64,000 bases of DNA, from the NCBI GenBank assembly GCA_030587475.2, contig JAUQYZ020000089.1, positions 1 to 64,000 on the forward strand. Direction: 5' to 3'. The notes beneath the pieces were generated by a model, which ran no database searches, was not told the DNA's origin, and saw nothing but the letters and a program-made list of their open reading frames with translations. Positions 40,026 through 49,946 of the stretch are shown here, piece after piece. Within the stretch, counting starts at the first letter, position 1, and every line of letters starts with the position of its first letter. The DNA comes from Candidatus Sigynarchaeum calidifontis. GTDB lineage: Archaea; Asgardarchaeota; Lokiarchaeia; Sigyniarchaeales; Sigyniarchaeaceae. Made by a program: the position numbers and the translations under genes.

Positions 40026-41834
40026 TCAGATCTCCTCGTTATCGAGATCGAAAAGGGCTTCGGTCTCGTCGAGCATCTCGATCGCGCGCTTGATATAATC
40101 CTTGATCATCCGGATCCTGCTCGATTCGACCCCCTCGATACCGCTGTATCTCTTCAAGGCCTCTTTTGCTTGAAAGACTAACACTTTCAATTCATCGAGA
40201 ACATAAACCTCGTCGTGTACCTCGGCCGGTTTTTCTTGCGGGGTTTCCTTCGATACTTTCAAGGAACTCAAGGAATTGAGCAGTAACCTGCTGATGTTGG
40301 TTAACTTCTCCGCACCGGCTCCACTCTCACGTGGAGCCTTCATGTTAACCGTGGTGCCGTCTTTCTTGATGTTTTTCAACCATTCCTTGATCGTTTTGGA
40401 TAGCGCGGGGAGTGGATTATCGTAGATATTCAAATGCTTGAGCCAGACGAGCTTGATCATGGATTCAGGGAGCGTGAGCAATTGATTTTTCTCCACGTTG
40501 AGTATTTCCAGCACTCGCAGAGATCCTATGGAATCTGGCAATGACCGCAGCTGGTTATTCTGCACGTCGAGGCGCTTCATCTTGGATAACTCCCCGATCG
40601 AATCCGGGAGCCTATTTATCATGTTGTTATCGAGGATCAGGCTTTCTAGATTAACCAGGTTGTTTATTTCCTCGGGTACAGCGATGATGCGGTTTTTCCC
40701 GAGGTCCAAAATGACAAGGAATTTAGCATGGACGAGCCCCTCAGGGAAGAAATTGAGCTCGTTCTGGCGCAAGTAGAGGTGCTTCAAGCTCGCGAGTTTT
40801 TGAAAATCGACGTGCATCTCGGCGATCTGGTTGTTCATCAAGCTAAGCTCTTCCAGGTTCGTCAAGGCTGCGATCGTGTCAGGGATGTCGGAGATCTCGT
40901 TATCATCCATGATGATGGATCGTAATTTCTTGTTTTTGCCGATGGCGCGGGGCACAGATGTCAGCTCGTTGTTGCTCGCGTTGATTGTTACGAGATTGTC
41001 GAGTGTGCTTATCGTGTCTGGCAATTTCTGGATCTTGTTGTTCTGGAGCTGGAGCGTCTCGATGTTGGTGAGATTGCCGATGGTTTCCGGGATGTTGACC
41101 AGATGGTTGTCGTTCACGTGAAGGGCCTTGAGTTTCACGAGCTCCCCGATGAAACTTGGCAGCGTGCCGAGGTCGTTGGAGAATATGTCGAGCTTCTCGA
41201 GCTCCTTCAGATTTCCGATGGTGTTGGGCAAGTGCCGGAGCTTGTTGTTATCCACCTTGAGAACCTTCAAGCCAGGCGGCAGTTTATCGGGTAACGTGAC
41301 GAGGTAATTGTTGTTGACAACGAGTTCCTCGAGCTTTTTCAACCGATCTAAGACATTGGGCAAAGATGTTAGTCGGTTGAAGCTGGCGTGGAGAATTTTC
41401 AAGCTTTTCAAGTTGCCGAAAGACTCTGGCAGCAAGTCGATCTGGTTCCCTTCGAGGTATAATTGCTCGAGCTGGGGCAAGTTGCCGAGTGGAAGGGGTA
41501 GGGAAACGATCTGGTTGAATTTCAAAGACAAGATCTTCAGCAACTCGAAATTTCCGATAGTCTCCGGGATCGTGATGAGCTGATTATCGTTCAAGTATAA
41601 TGCTTGCAGCGTTGCAAGATCTCCGAAATTCTCGGGAAGCATTGAAAGCCGTTTCTGGTTGATGGCCAATTTCTGAACGCGTGCATCATCTGCAACGAAT
41701 CCGAAGCTCGATTCATCGACGTCCTTGACTGGAGGTATGGGCTCGCCAAGTATCTCCTCCAACGCCTTCAAGACCTCGTATTGTATCGAAAAGAGGGGGA
41801 CGCCTTCGTAATATGCGACGATTTCGCGGCTCAT
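40026..41834 (-). CDS. Leucine-rich repeat protein (about 19 x 23-aa LRRs)
   Basis: Repeating LPxxIGxLxxLxxLxLxxNxL; N-cap EVLKALEEILGEPIP. Confidence 0.95.
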   Translation of the reverse strand: MSREIVAYYEGVPLFSIQYEVLKALEEILGEPIPPVKDVDESSFGFVADDARVQKLAINQKRLSMLPENFGDLATLQALYLNDNQLITIPETIGNFELLKILSLKFNQIVSLPLPLGNLPQLEQLYLEGNQIDLLPESFGNLKSLKILHASFNRLTSLPNVLDRLKKLEELVVNNNYLVTLPDKLPPGLKVLKVDNNKLRHLPNTIGNLKELEKLDIFSNDLGTLPSFIGELVKLKALHVNDNHLVNIPETIGNLTNIETLQLQNNKIQKLPDTISTLDNLVTINASNNELTSVPRAIGKNKKLRSIIMDDNEISDIPDTIAALTNLEELSLMNNQIAEMHVDFQKLASLKHLYLRQNELNFFPEGLVHAKFLVILDLGKNRIIAVPEEINNLVNLESLILDNNMINRLPDSIGELSKMKRLDVQNNQLRSLPDSIGSLRVLEILNVEKNQLLTLPESMIKLVWLKHLNIYDNPLPALSKTIKEWLKNIKKDGTTVNMKAPRESGAGAEKLTNISRLLLNSLSSLKVSKETPQEKPAEVHDEVYVLDELKVLVFQAKEALKRYSGIEGVESSRIRMIKDYIKRAIEMLDETEALFDLDNEEI

Positions 41835-42027
41835 GGTTCCAGCGCTTCGTGGATGTTCCTTTTCCCGCGGATGCCTTCTAACCAGGTATAAACGAGCATG
41901 CTCACCAAAACTATAGTTTCTTTCGATTTAATTTTGAGACCAAGGATCGCATGGTTCGATTCCAATGCACAAAAATGATGGTGCATTAGACTATCATGCA
42001 AAGACATGTCAAGCGACGGGAGAAGGA

Positions 42028-42888
42028 ATGCTGGAAAAAAAGCAGCGCATCCTAGCCATCGAGGCACATCCCGATGATCTTGCCTATTTCTATGGAGGAT
42101 ACATTGCCAAGATGGCTGCCGAAGGACATGATATCCGTGTGCTCACGGTCACGAACGGGGATCAGTCAACATGTGACCCGGCACTATCGGGCAATGATAT
42201 CGTGGCTATTCTCAAGAGCGAGCATGCCAGGGCAATGGAAGTTCTCGGGGTCAAGGACCAGCGGTTCCTCGAAGGCTTCACGAACCATTTCATGTTCTCG
42301 AGCGAGATCCAGCTCAAGCTACGCGAGGTGCTGATTCGAGAGATCCGGGAATACAAGCCAGATACGGTCATCACGTTCGACATCGCCGACGTGTTCGAGG
42401 AGAATCCCGACCACAGACTGCTCTCGCGGGTCGGGCTACAAGCGGCGTCATTCGCAGCCTATCCGCTCGTCCATCCAGAGCACCTGAAACAAGGGCTCCA
42501 GCCCCATTTTACAGGCCGCATGTTGCTCGCGCCGACGAGGCAACCCAACGTGTTCGTCGAGATTTCCGAAGAGCCGCTGGAGAAGAAAAAGGCAGCGGGA
42601 GCAGCATACAAATCGCAGCTCGATCTCATGTTTGCAGAGCTCAAGTACCGGGCGGAGACCATGGGGCTCAAGCCCGATCTTGACGATCTCGCGCCACAAG
42701 ACCTCTGGGAAAGTGTTTGCGAGTCTATGGCCGAGGAAATGGCGAAAGTAGGGAACGCGTTCTATGCCTTGCACAAGGACATCGCACCACGCATCAAGCT
42801 CATGAAAGCAGAAGCGTTCCGAATGCAATACCTGGGCGCCATGGAGAAGATCCACGAGTACCTGCCGAAGGAATATCGAATCTTGTGA
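42028..42888 (+). CDS. PIG-L/LmbE family deacetylase
   Basis: AHPDD, VTNGD, NPDHR, AEAF; AGAAGGA RBS before the ATG at 42028. Confidence 0.88.
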   Translation: MLEKKQRILAIEAHPDDLAYFYGGYIAKMAAEGHDIRVLTVTNGDQSTCDPALSGNDIVAILKSEHARAMEVLGVKDQRFLEGFTNHFMFSSEIQLKLREVLIREIREYKPDTVITFDIADVFEENPDHRLLSRVGLQAASFAAYPLVHPEHLKQGLQPHFTGRMLLAPTRQPNVFVEISEEPLEKKKAAGAAYKSQLDLMFAELKYRAETMGLKPDLDDLAPQDLWESVCESMAEEMAKVGNAFYALHKDIAPRIKLMKAEAFRMQYLGAMEKIHEYLPKEYRIL

Positions 42889-42898
42889 GGGAGCAGTC

Positions 42899-44629
42899 GT
42901 GAGAGAAAAGGAAAAGGACGAGATGTGCAAGGCACTCTACGCGGAGATGCTTCCCCGGTTAACCGATTACGTGGATTTTCACGCTTCACGGCGGCCGGAT
43001 GACGTTGCAATCATCGAATACAACACGGAAACCAAGGTCACCTGGAAAGATTTTTACATGTCCATTAAGGCATTCGCCGCGAAATTGCTCGATATGGGGA
43101 TCAAAAAGGGAGACGTGGTCGCGACCAAGCTCGTTTTACTAAAGGAAAACGTGTACCTAATGTACGCGTGTTATCGCATCGGCGCGATCATCGCCCCGCT
43201 CGACCCGCGTCTCAAGGAGAAAGAGATCGATTATTGTTTCGAGAAAATGAAGCCAAAGGCCTACTTCTTCCTGGGCCGCGTCGAGGTTAAGAAAGAGGGA
43301 AAGGTGGAGGTGAATGACTTCCGCCCCATGGTCGCATCGCTCATGGAGAAATACGGCGACACGTGCAAGCACTGGATCCAATTCGATGTCGTGCCGTATC
43401 TCATCATCGATGGTGCCATCAGCATCCGAGACTTCGCGATGGACATGAAGCGGTGCTTTTTACGGTCGATCATGACCGGCAGCGTGCGGGACGCGGCGAA
43501 TGCCGTCGGCAAACGAGACCCTTGCTTGCTCGTTTTCACGACGGGATCAACGGGGAGGCCAAAGCCTGCGCTGCTCTGCCACGAGAACATCATTATCCAG
43601 AATATTGGACTCAAGGTTGCATTTGATATAACGGAAAAAGATATCATGTGCGTGAATCTCCCGCCGAGCCACGTCGGTTGCGTCACGGAACAGCTCGCAA
43701 CGACTATATACGCCGGCGGGACTTGCGTGATATTGCATATATTCGATGCGGAGAAGACGCTGGAAGCGATCGAAAAGTACAAGATAACGGCATTCGGCCA
43801 GATTCCGTCGCTGTTCGCGATGCAATGGCGCTTGCCAAATTACACGCGGTACGATCTCTCCAGCTTGCGTTTCGCGTTGTATGGCGGGCAAGCTGTCTCC
43901 AGGGAATTTCTTGAAAAGCTCGCCAAGATGGCACCCAGGTTTGGCAGCGGCCTCGGCCTCACGGAGACCGCGGGATTCGTGACTTACACCCCGTTGGATG
44001 GCACCGTGGATGACCTCGTTTCGAGCATCGGGTACGACTCGCCGTTGTGCCCGATCTCCATCCGTGAGCAAATGAGGCCCGACGGAATGGCAGGCGATCC
44101 AAAGCCGAAAGGAGAAATAGGCGAAATAACGTTTTCAGGCCCTCAAATCTTTCTCGGCTATCTTAACGACGAGGAAAACACGAGAAAGACCGTTTCAAGG
44201 GATGGTTTCTGCTACACGGGGGATCTCGGTTTCTATGACGAGAAGGGATTGCATTTTGCCGGTCGGAGCAAGTTCGTTATCAAGCCCAAGGGATATCAGG
44301 TCTACCCGGGCGAGATCGAGGATTTTATCGCCGAGAAGCTCGCCGACAAGGTCGCGCTCGTGGCGGTGGTAGGCGTTCCACACGAGGTGTTCACGGAAGG
44401 CATAATGGCATTTGTAGAAAAGAAAGCTGGTGTGAGCCTTACTTTAAAAGATATCGACAAGGTTTGCAAGGAGATGGCAGCATACAAGCGACCGAGTCAT
44501 GTCATCATCATGAATGAGGGCGAGATCCCCTTGAACCGCGTCAACAAGACCGATTACATGGCTTTAAAGAAGCAAGCACGGGAGATTGCCGAGCAGCTTC
44601 GAAAGGAAGGCAAATGGGACGCAAAATAA
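42899..44629 (+). CDS. AMP-binding acyl-CoA synthetase
   Basis: FTTGSTGRPK, GLTET, YTGDLG, GRSK, catalytic K in NRVNK. Confidence 0.92.
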   Translation: MREKEKDEMCKALYAEMLPRLTDYVDFHASRRPDDVAIIEYNTETKVTWKDFYMSIKAFAAKLLDMGIKKGDVVATKLVLLKENVYLMYACYRIGAIIAPLDPRLKEKEIDYCFEKMKPKAYFFLGRVEVKKEGKVEVNDFRPMVASLMEKYGDTCKHWIQFDVVPYLIIDGAISIRDFAMDMKRCFLRSIMTGSVRDAANAVGKRDPCLLVFTTGSTGRPKPALLCHENIIIQNIGLKVAFDITEKDIMCVNLPPSHVGCVTEQLATTIYAGGTCVILHIFDAEKTLEAIEKYKITAFGQIPSLFAMQWRLPNYTRYDLSSLRFALYGGQAVSREFLEKLAKMAPRFGSGLGLTETAGFVTYTPLDGTVDDLVSSIGYDSPLCPISIREQMRPDGMAGDPKPKGEIGEITFSGPQIFLGYLNDEENTRKTVSRDGFCYTGDLGFYDEKGLHFAGRSKFVIKPKGYQVYPGEIEDFIAEKLADKVALVAVVGVPHEVFTEGIMAFVEKKAGVSLTLKDIDKVCKEMAAYKRPSHVIIMNEGEIPLNRVNKTDYMALKKQAREIAEQLRKEGKWDAK

Positions 44630-44769
44630 CATTATTGGTATAGTCCGGCAAATTCCATCGCCTTTTTTTCTTACCGGCTTTAAGTGCCCTTTTTATATTT
44701 TTTTTTGAAATGACTGGATGATGATTGTCACAAAAAAAGCGCTCTCGTTTTTCCTGGAATGGAGGCGAT

Positions 44770-46761
44770 GTGTCGCAGATGATACTCCATAAAATCGAGA
44801 TGAAGAGAAAAGACATTGTCCTGTGCGCCTTGGCATTGCTCTGTACGCTTACTTTAATCACGTGTTTTTCTAGCGCGATGAGTCCGTGCAAGCGAATCGG
44901 CAACGTGTCGATAGACTCAACGAGGGTCGTGGCATCAAGACAGTTCAACGCGACGGCGTTCTGGGACACGGAAAAAGCACGTGTTGATGGCACGCCGCTG
45001 AACATCGGCATCTTGAACCAGAACACCACGTTGTATCAAGGGGTAGCCTTCAACCGGACCGATTTAGCATTTGACACGCCAAATTGGGTTGGTGTATCCC
45101 CGGCGACATTACGTGTACATGCGACGCTCTTCACCCCGACCAACGCATCAGGCACGCTTCCGCTAATTCCTGGCGTGGTCGTCATTCACGGGACAAGACA
45201 GCGGCGCCAAACATTTTTTTCGGCGGGCTTATCTTTTGCTGCGATGAATTGTGCCGTCCTCGTGATCGACCTCGTCGGCCATGGAGAGAGCGAGGGGCCG
45301 AAACCGACGGCTGAATACACGATCTACCGAGGTGATTTCAATAAGACCTCGTATCATTATCTTGCTTTCTGCAACGGGCTCCAGGCCGTTAACGTGCTCT
45401 TGTCATTCACGGGCTTGGTCGATCCATCAAGAATCGCTGTTACGGGATTATCACTCGGGGGCATGACGACTGAAATCGTGAGTGCCATCTATCATGACAA
45501 GATATCCCTCGCGATGCCTGCCGGGATGATAAATATCACTTGCGTGTTCCCGGAAACATCGATACTGAACATCGCGGGCATGACCTACGATGAATTGCTC
45601 GCGGTACCTGAATCGATCTGGCAATATATGAATCCAGTGAATTACATCAGCATGGCACAATATCCGGATACATGCTCCTTTGTAGGCACGACTGACGAAT
45701 ATTTCTCCTACAAGGGCATTCCCGACGTCGTTCATGCCTTGGAAACCTCGACGAACAATAAATGGCTCCAAATCATGCCAAACGGGCATCATGTATATCC
45801 AAGCGACCGCACAATGCACTATATACTGAGACATAAATTTTTCAACGGGACTGCCCCGCCGGCAATCAACATAACCCGCGTCGTGAAGACGAACGGGGCA
45901 ATGGAGCGCCTCCAGATCGACGCGTCGATAATTTCTGATATAACAATACGAAGCGTCGAGATTTGCTACAGATATACGGACATTCTCGGCGAACCGTGGC
46001 GGATGGTCGCCATGAACCCGCGCGGTGGAAACCAGTGGACCGGATATGTACCCTCGCCATGGATTACTTCTCAAATGGATTGCTTTATCAAGATTACCCT
46101 GGACACGGAAGAAGACGTGTTTTTCACGAGCAATCTACTGGAGGCGGGCGTGCTTACGAATTATATGTCTTTTCTTCCTATTACCGCCATCATCGCCGCC
46201 ATCGCCATTCCCATCTTGATCTCGCTTAAGTATAGGTACAAGATTGAAGTGACGGGGATAGCCGGTAAACTGCGTGAAACAGCGAGAAAACACTTTCTTG
46301 TTGAAAATATACTCCTGGCCGGCACCGAAACCGTGAAGTTTGGTTCGATGGGCATACCATGGATGGTCTATGGCACGGTTCCATGGTCATTATTTTACAT
46401 AATGCAAGCTTATTTCACTTACGACAAAGCGCTGGGCAATCTTGCCCTTTTTTTCAACGCATCCTTGTTCGTGGCATTCATTGCGATCGCCATCATCAGC
46501 ACGGTGAATCCCTTGCTATCTGGTATCTTGAATGCATCATGGGCCGTTTTCTTTTACATTCTCGTCCGCACGTTGTATGAGGCGTTCGGAATGACCATGC
46601 CTGGAAACGTTTTCAGCACGGGATTTTACCTTTACCTTTCAATGGCGATTGCTCAAATCGGGATTTGGATATGGAAGCGGATCTACCACAAGCGGCTCGG
46701 AATCCCCACCTGTAACCTCTTGACGATCATCACGGGCGCACGTAAGGCCAGGTCCACGTAG
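44770..46761 (+). CDS. Secreted/membrane alpha/beta hydrolase (acetylxylan-esterase-like)
   Basis: VIHG oxyanion, GLSLGG nucleophile, TTDE, NGHH; C-terminal TMs; GGAGG before the GTG at 44770. Confidence 0.8.
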   Translation: MSQMILHKIEMKRKDIVLCALALLCTLTLITCFSSAMSPCKRIGNVSIDSTRVVASRQFNATAFWDTEKARVDGTPLNIGILNQNTTLYQGVAFNRTDLAFDTPNWVGVSPATLRVHATLFTPTNASGTLPLIPGVVVIHGTRQRRQTFFSAGLSFAAMNCAVLVIDLVGHGESEGPKPTAEYTIYRGDFNKTSYHYLAFCNGLQAVNVLLSFTGLVDPSRIAVTGLSLGGMTTEIVSAIYHDKISLAMPAGMINITCVFPETSILNIAGMTYDELLAVPESIWQYMNPVNYISMAQYPDTCSFVGTTDEYFSYKGIPDVVHALETSTNNKWLQIMPNGHHVYPSDRTMHYILRHKFFNGTAPPAINITRVVKTNGAMERLQIDASIISDITIRSVEICYRYTDILGEPWRMVAMNPRGGNQWTGYVPSPWITSQMDCFIKITLDTEEDVFFTSNLLEAGVLTNYMSFLPITAIIAAIAIPILISLKYRYKIEVTGIAGKLRETARKHFLVENILLAGTETVKFGSMGIPWMVYGTVPWSLFYIMQAYFTYDKALGNLALFFNASLFVAFIAIAIISTVNPLLSGILNASWAVFFYILVRTLYEAFGMTMPGNVFSTGFYLYLSMAIAQIGIWIWKRIYHKRLGIPTCNLLTIITGARKARST

Positions 46762-46802
46762 AAATGAGCGAGCTCGAGAGCTTCTAGCTTTTTTCCATTC
46801 GT

Positions 46803-47825
46803 TTAAAACGAGACCACCCAGTCCAGGATCCCTTCAATGGAGCAAGGGCCTCTATCATCGTATATCTTGGGAAGCGACCAGAGCCCGTTGGGGAGCTTTT
46901 CTTGTTTCACGTACGTTTGGACCGACTCCAGGGCCTTCTTATAATCGCCACGCGTGATGCCGTTCTTCGCTGGTGCATAATCGAGGCCAATCTCGTCAAA
47001 AAAATTTTTGAGCTTGCCGACATCGAACACAGCCTTGTCTCGCTGGAGCTTCAACACGACGAGGATGTTGAGTCCTATCAAGTTTCCGTGCAAGTAATGC
47101 CCGCGCGTGATGTCCTCCAGACAGTACGCAAGGAAATGCTCGCCACCTTCCTCGGGCCTCGCGTTGCCCCATAGCTCGCAAATACGAACCTCATCAACAA
47201 AGCCCTTCACGAGCGCATCGATGCCCTTGTTGTTCACGACCTTGATGTCGCTGGCGGATTTCATAAGTGTTTCAGCGATGTCTTTCGCCTCGTTGAACAC
47301 CTTCAGATCGAACTTATCGCCGAAGGTGTCCCGGGCTATGAGCCAGTCACCGAGAGCGGTCACGATCGAGATCGTGTCTGAGACCCCGGCACGGTTCAGG
47401 GCTTTCGGGGCCTGTTTCACGATGGAATAATCCACGAGCACGCGGGATGGTTGCACGTCGCCGATATACTTAACCTTGTGGTCGACCCGGACGGCGATGG
47501 ACGTGCATAGCCACGCATCGACCGAGATGATGGATGGTGCGACGATAAGGGGAATATTCCACTTCCAACACAAATATTTCGCCGTGTCGCACGCGGTGCC
47601 GCCCCCGAAGCCGACGATCCACTTTGCTTTGCGTGTCTGCTTCTCGATCTTCTGGAGCGTCTCCATTTGCATGTCCCGGTTGAATATGATTTCTCTCGGT
47701 TTCGTTTTCAACTTGGATTTGAGCAGGCTCCATGGTTCTTCCATCGTTACGATGATGTAATCGTCAAGCGAATTTAGCACGTCGGAAAGAATCGTCTCGC
47801 CGAACTCCGGTCTGGCTTTTACCAT
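46803..47825 (-). CDS. Glycerol-1-phosphate dehydrogenase/glycerol dehydrogenase-like (DHQS/Fe-ADH superfamily)
   Basis: GFGGGTACDTAK, SVDA, RAGVSD, GGEH, LHG. Confidence 0.8.
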   Translation of the reverse strand: MVKARPEFGETILSDVLNSLDDYIIVTMEEPWSLLKSKLKTKPREIIFNRDMQMETLQKIEKQTRKAKWIVGFGGGTACDTAKYLCWKWNIPLIVAPSIISVDAWLCTSIAVRVDHKVKYIGDVQPSRVLVDYSIVKQAPKALNRAGVSDTISIVTALGDWLIARDTFGDKFDLKVFNEAKDIAETLMKSASDIKVVNNKGIDALVKGFVDEVRICELWGNARPEEGGEHFLAYCLEDITRGHYLHGNLIGLNILVVLKLQRDKAVFDVGKLKNFFDEIGLDYAPAKNGITRGDYKKALESVQTYVKQEKLPNGLWSLPKIYDDRGPCSIEGILDWVVSF

Positions 47826-47862
47826 GCGAATAACCTTGGATGCGGTATTGAACGGGAATTAA

Positions 47863-49125
47863 TCAACCCTTATTGCGTTTCCAAAAGGATGTGGGATTGT
47901 TCATCGGCAGCTCTTCCACGATGACAATTCCATCGCCACTCGCCTTACCTTCCTCAGCACCCACCTTGAGGCATTCTTCCGAGCCGATGACCTTTATATC
48001 ATCCATACAAGCGGGCATTGAATCTTGCGGAGCCCGGTTTTCCAGGGCTAGCTTCGCGGGATGAGGGGGTTTCATCGATAGCGCGCGTGGCTTTTCCATC
48101 GCTGGCTTTGGTTGTTCCTTCGTGGGCATAGCCTTGACCGTGAAAGCGATGCCGGTTGCCTGCGTGGGCATTGGCACGGATTCCTCGTCAGAAAAGCCCG
48201 GTGCCTTGATGACAAGGCGAACCGGCTCGGCCTTTACCTGCGTCGCGGGCTTGCTCGCGGGCCGTGCGGCAGGGACGACGATCCTCTTGCTCTCGGTGTT
48301 GAGCAAGCAGTCGCATTTCTTGCACCTGAAGATGCCCGGGAACGCCTCGAATTCCCGCAGGGCAATTTCAGTCGCGCAGTGGCCATGATAAGGTGCGCCG
48401 CAGTTCTCGCACTGGAGCAGCGCTCCGGATTGCTCGCCCTTGCCACAGGCGAGGCAAAACGCGCCCGGAATGCCGGTTTCGAGCATGCTCCAGCACAAAC
48501 CCTCGAAATAGACGCGCTTGTCTATCGGGGGAGCCACTTTGATGAATACATCGTGGGAACCGCGTTGCAGGGTGTCCATGATGTCCTTGAACGCCTCATC
48601 CGTTGCCGCGTAATAGACCTTGCCGTTGGCCATTTCCGCGATCGTCCGAAGCTTGATGTCGTCCGGATAGGTGCGCTCGTCACCGACCCGGATGATGTCG
48701 ACGAAAACCGGAAAGTACTTGATCGTGTCGAGGAGATCCATCAGCGCCGCCACGAGACCGACATTGCTCCCTTCGGTCGGACCATCCGAGATGACGATCA
48801 TGCGAAGGACATGATTGCGCGTGGTGCGATAAGCATCGACTAGATAAGTAGAGGCGAGCATCAAGCCTTGTTCCAGCGGGTGCGCTTTCGTCACGAACTT
48901 CAAGTTGTCCTTTAAGAATGGCTCGAGTGCATCCTCGTCCTTGGCAAGCCCCTCGTGAAACTGGGGATTATCCTCGTCTTGCTTGAATGCCACGATCCCC
49001 CAGTTCGACCCTGGATGCCCTTTCTCCTTTTCCTTGATGAAACGCTGAACGTGTTTCACGATGGCCTTCTTAGAAACGATCCCGCGCACCCCAAGATCGA
49101 AGTAAAAGATTATGTCTTCTATCAC
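47863..49125 (-). CDS. vWA-domain protein with C4HC3 PHD-type zinc finger and disordered C-terminus
   Basis: vWA strands (WGIVAF, VISDG, VDIIRVG); CxxC-x11-CxxC-x4-HxxC-x17-CxxC. Confidence 0.75.
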   Translation of the reverse strand: MIEDIIFYFDLGVRGIVSKKAIVKHVQRFIKEKEKGHPGSNWGIVAFKQDEDNPQFHEGLAKDEDALEPFLKDNLKFVTKAHPLEQGLMLASTYLVDAYRTTRNHVLRMIVISDGPTEGSNVGLVAALMDLLDTIKYFPVFVDIIRVGDERTYPDDIKLRTIAEMANGKVYYAATDEAFKDIMDTLQRGSHDVFIKVAPPIDKRVYFEGLCWSMLETGIPGAFCLACGKGEQSGALLQCENCGAPYHGHCATEIALREFEAFPGIFRCKKCDCLLNTESKRIVVPAARPASKPATQVKAEPVRLVIKAPGFSDEESVPMPTQATGIAFTVKAMPTKEQPKPAMEKPRALSMKPPHPAKLALENRAPQDSMPACMDDIKVIGSEECLKVGAEEGKASGDGIVIVEELPMNNPTSFWKRNKG

Positions 49126-49197
49126 ACGAAAATCTCCGTTCTTTTTCTTGATTGGTCATCAATTAACTTAATATCAAAGGAAATTTCAGAGGAAATT

Positions 49198-49593
49198 TTA
49201 TTCCTTGTTTATATCCGATTCCACCTTCGCATCTTGCTTAAACTTCTTCAAGAGATTAATCCGCGTCGAATATATCGTGTACCGGCCCTTTTTTTGACCG
49301 ATTATTAGCCCGGCTTGTTCCAATTTCTTCAAGTGATGGCTCACGCTTCCCTCGGTCATTTCGAATATCTGGGCCAGCGCGCACGTGCAAAGGGATTCTT
49401 TAGCGAGCAATCTATAGATGAGCAGACGAATATCATTCGATGATGCTGCGTGATAAGACAGATCATTCTTGAACTCCTTGTCATTCCTGATCGAATTCAG
49501 CAGCGCTTTTTTCTTATCGATATATGAGAAGCTGGAGCATCCAGGGTCGAACTCATCGAGGAATTCTTGAACCCGATCCTTTTGCCCATTCAT
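49198..49593 (-). CDS. ArsR/SmtB family transcriptional regulator
   Basis: IRLLIYRLL, SLCTCAL (ELCVCDL-like box), VSHHLKKL, GRYTIY. Confidence 0.92.
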   Translation of the reverse strand: MNGQKDRVQEFLDEFDPGCSSFSYIDKKKALLNSIRNDKEFKNDLSYHAASSNDIRLLIYRLLAKESLCTCALAQIFEMTEGSVSHHLKKLEQAGLIIGQKKGRYTIYSTRINLLKKFKQDAKVESDINKE

Positions 49594-49946
49594 AGGTTAA
49601 ACCAATTCCTTGATCGAATAATTAGTTGCATGATGTGATTTTGACTTGTGTAAACATGGTTTGATCATCCTTAAATTGATCGACATTCCTTCAATAACAG
49701 CGTCATCAAGAAAAACAGACCCGCCTTTCGTCCATTATTGTCAAGCCACGTTTGTATCCTTATTACACGAGATCCGAGTGGAATACAGCTCGTGTCCCGT
49801 CGCTAGATGGATTGATTTTCACGTCTTCGCTAATCCCGGTTAATTCATATAATCTTGATGCATGATGATAAAAATGGAGATACTTTGAAAAACTCGAGTA
49901 CGTTATACCTCGTGTTGATAACGAACCGCTATGCCACGGTGGACAA

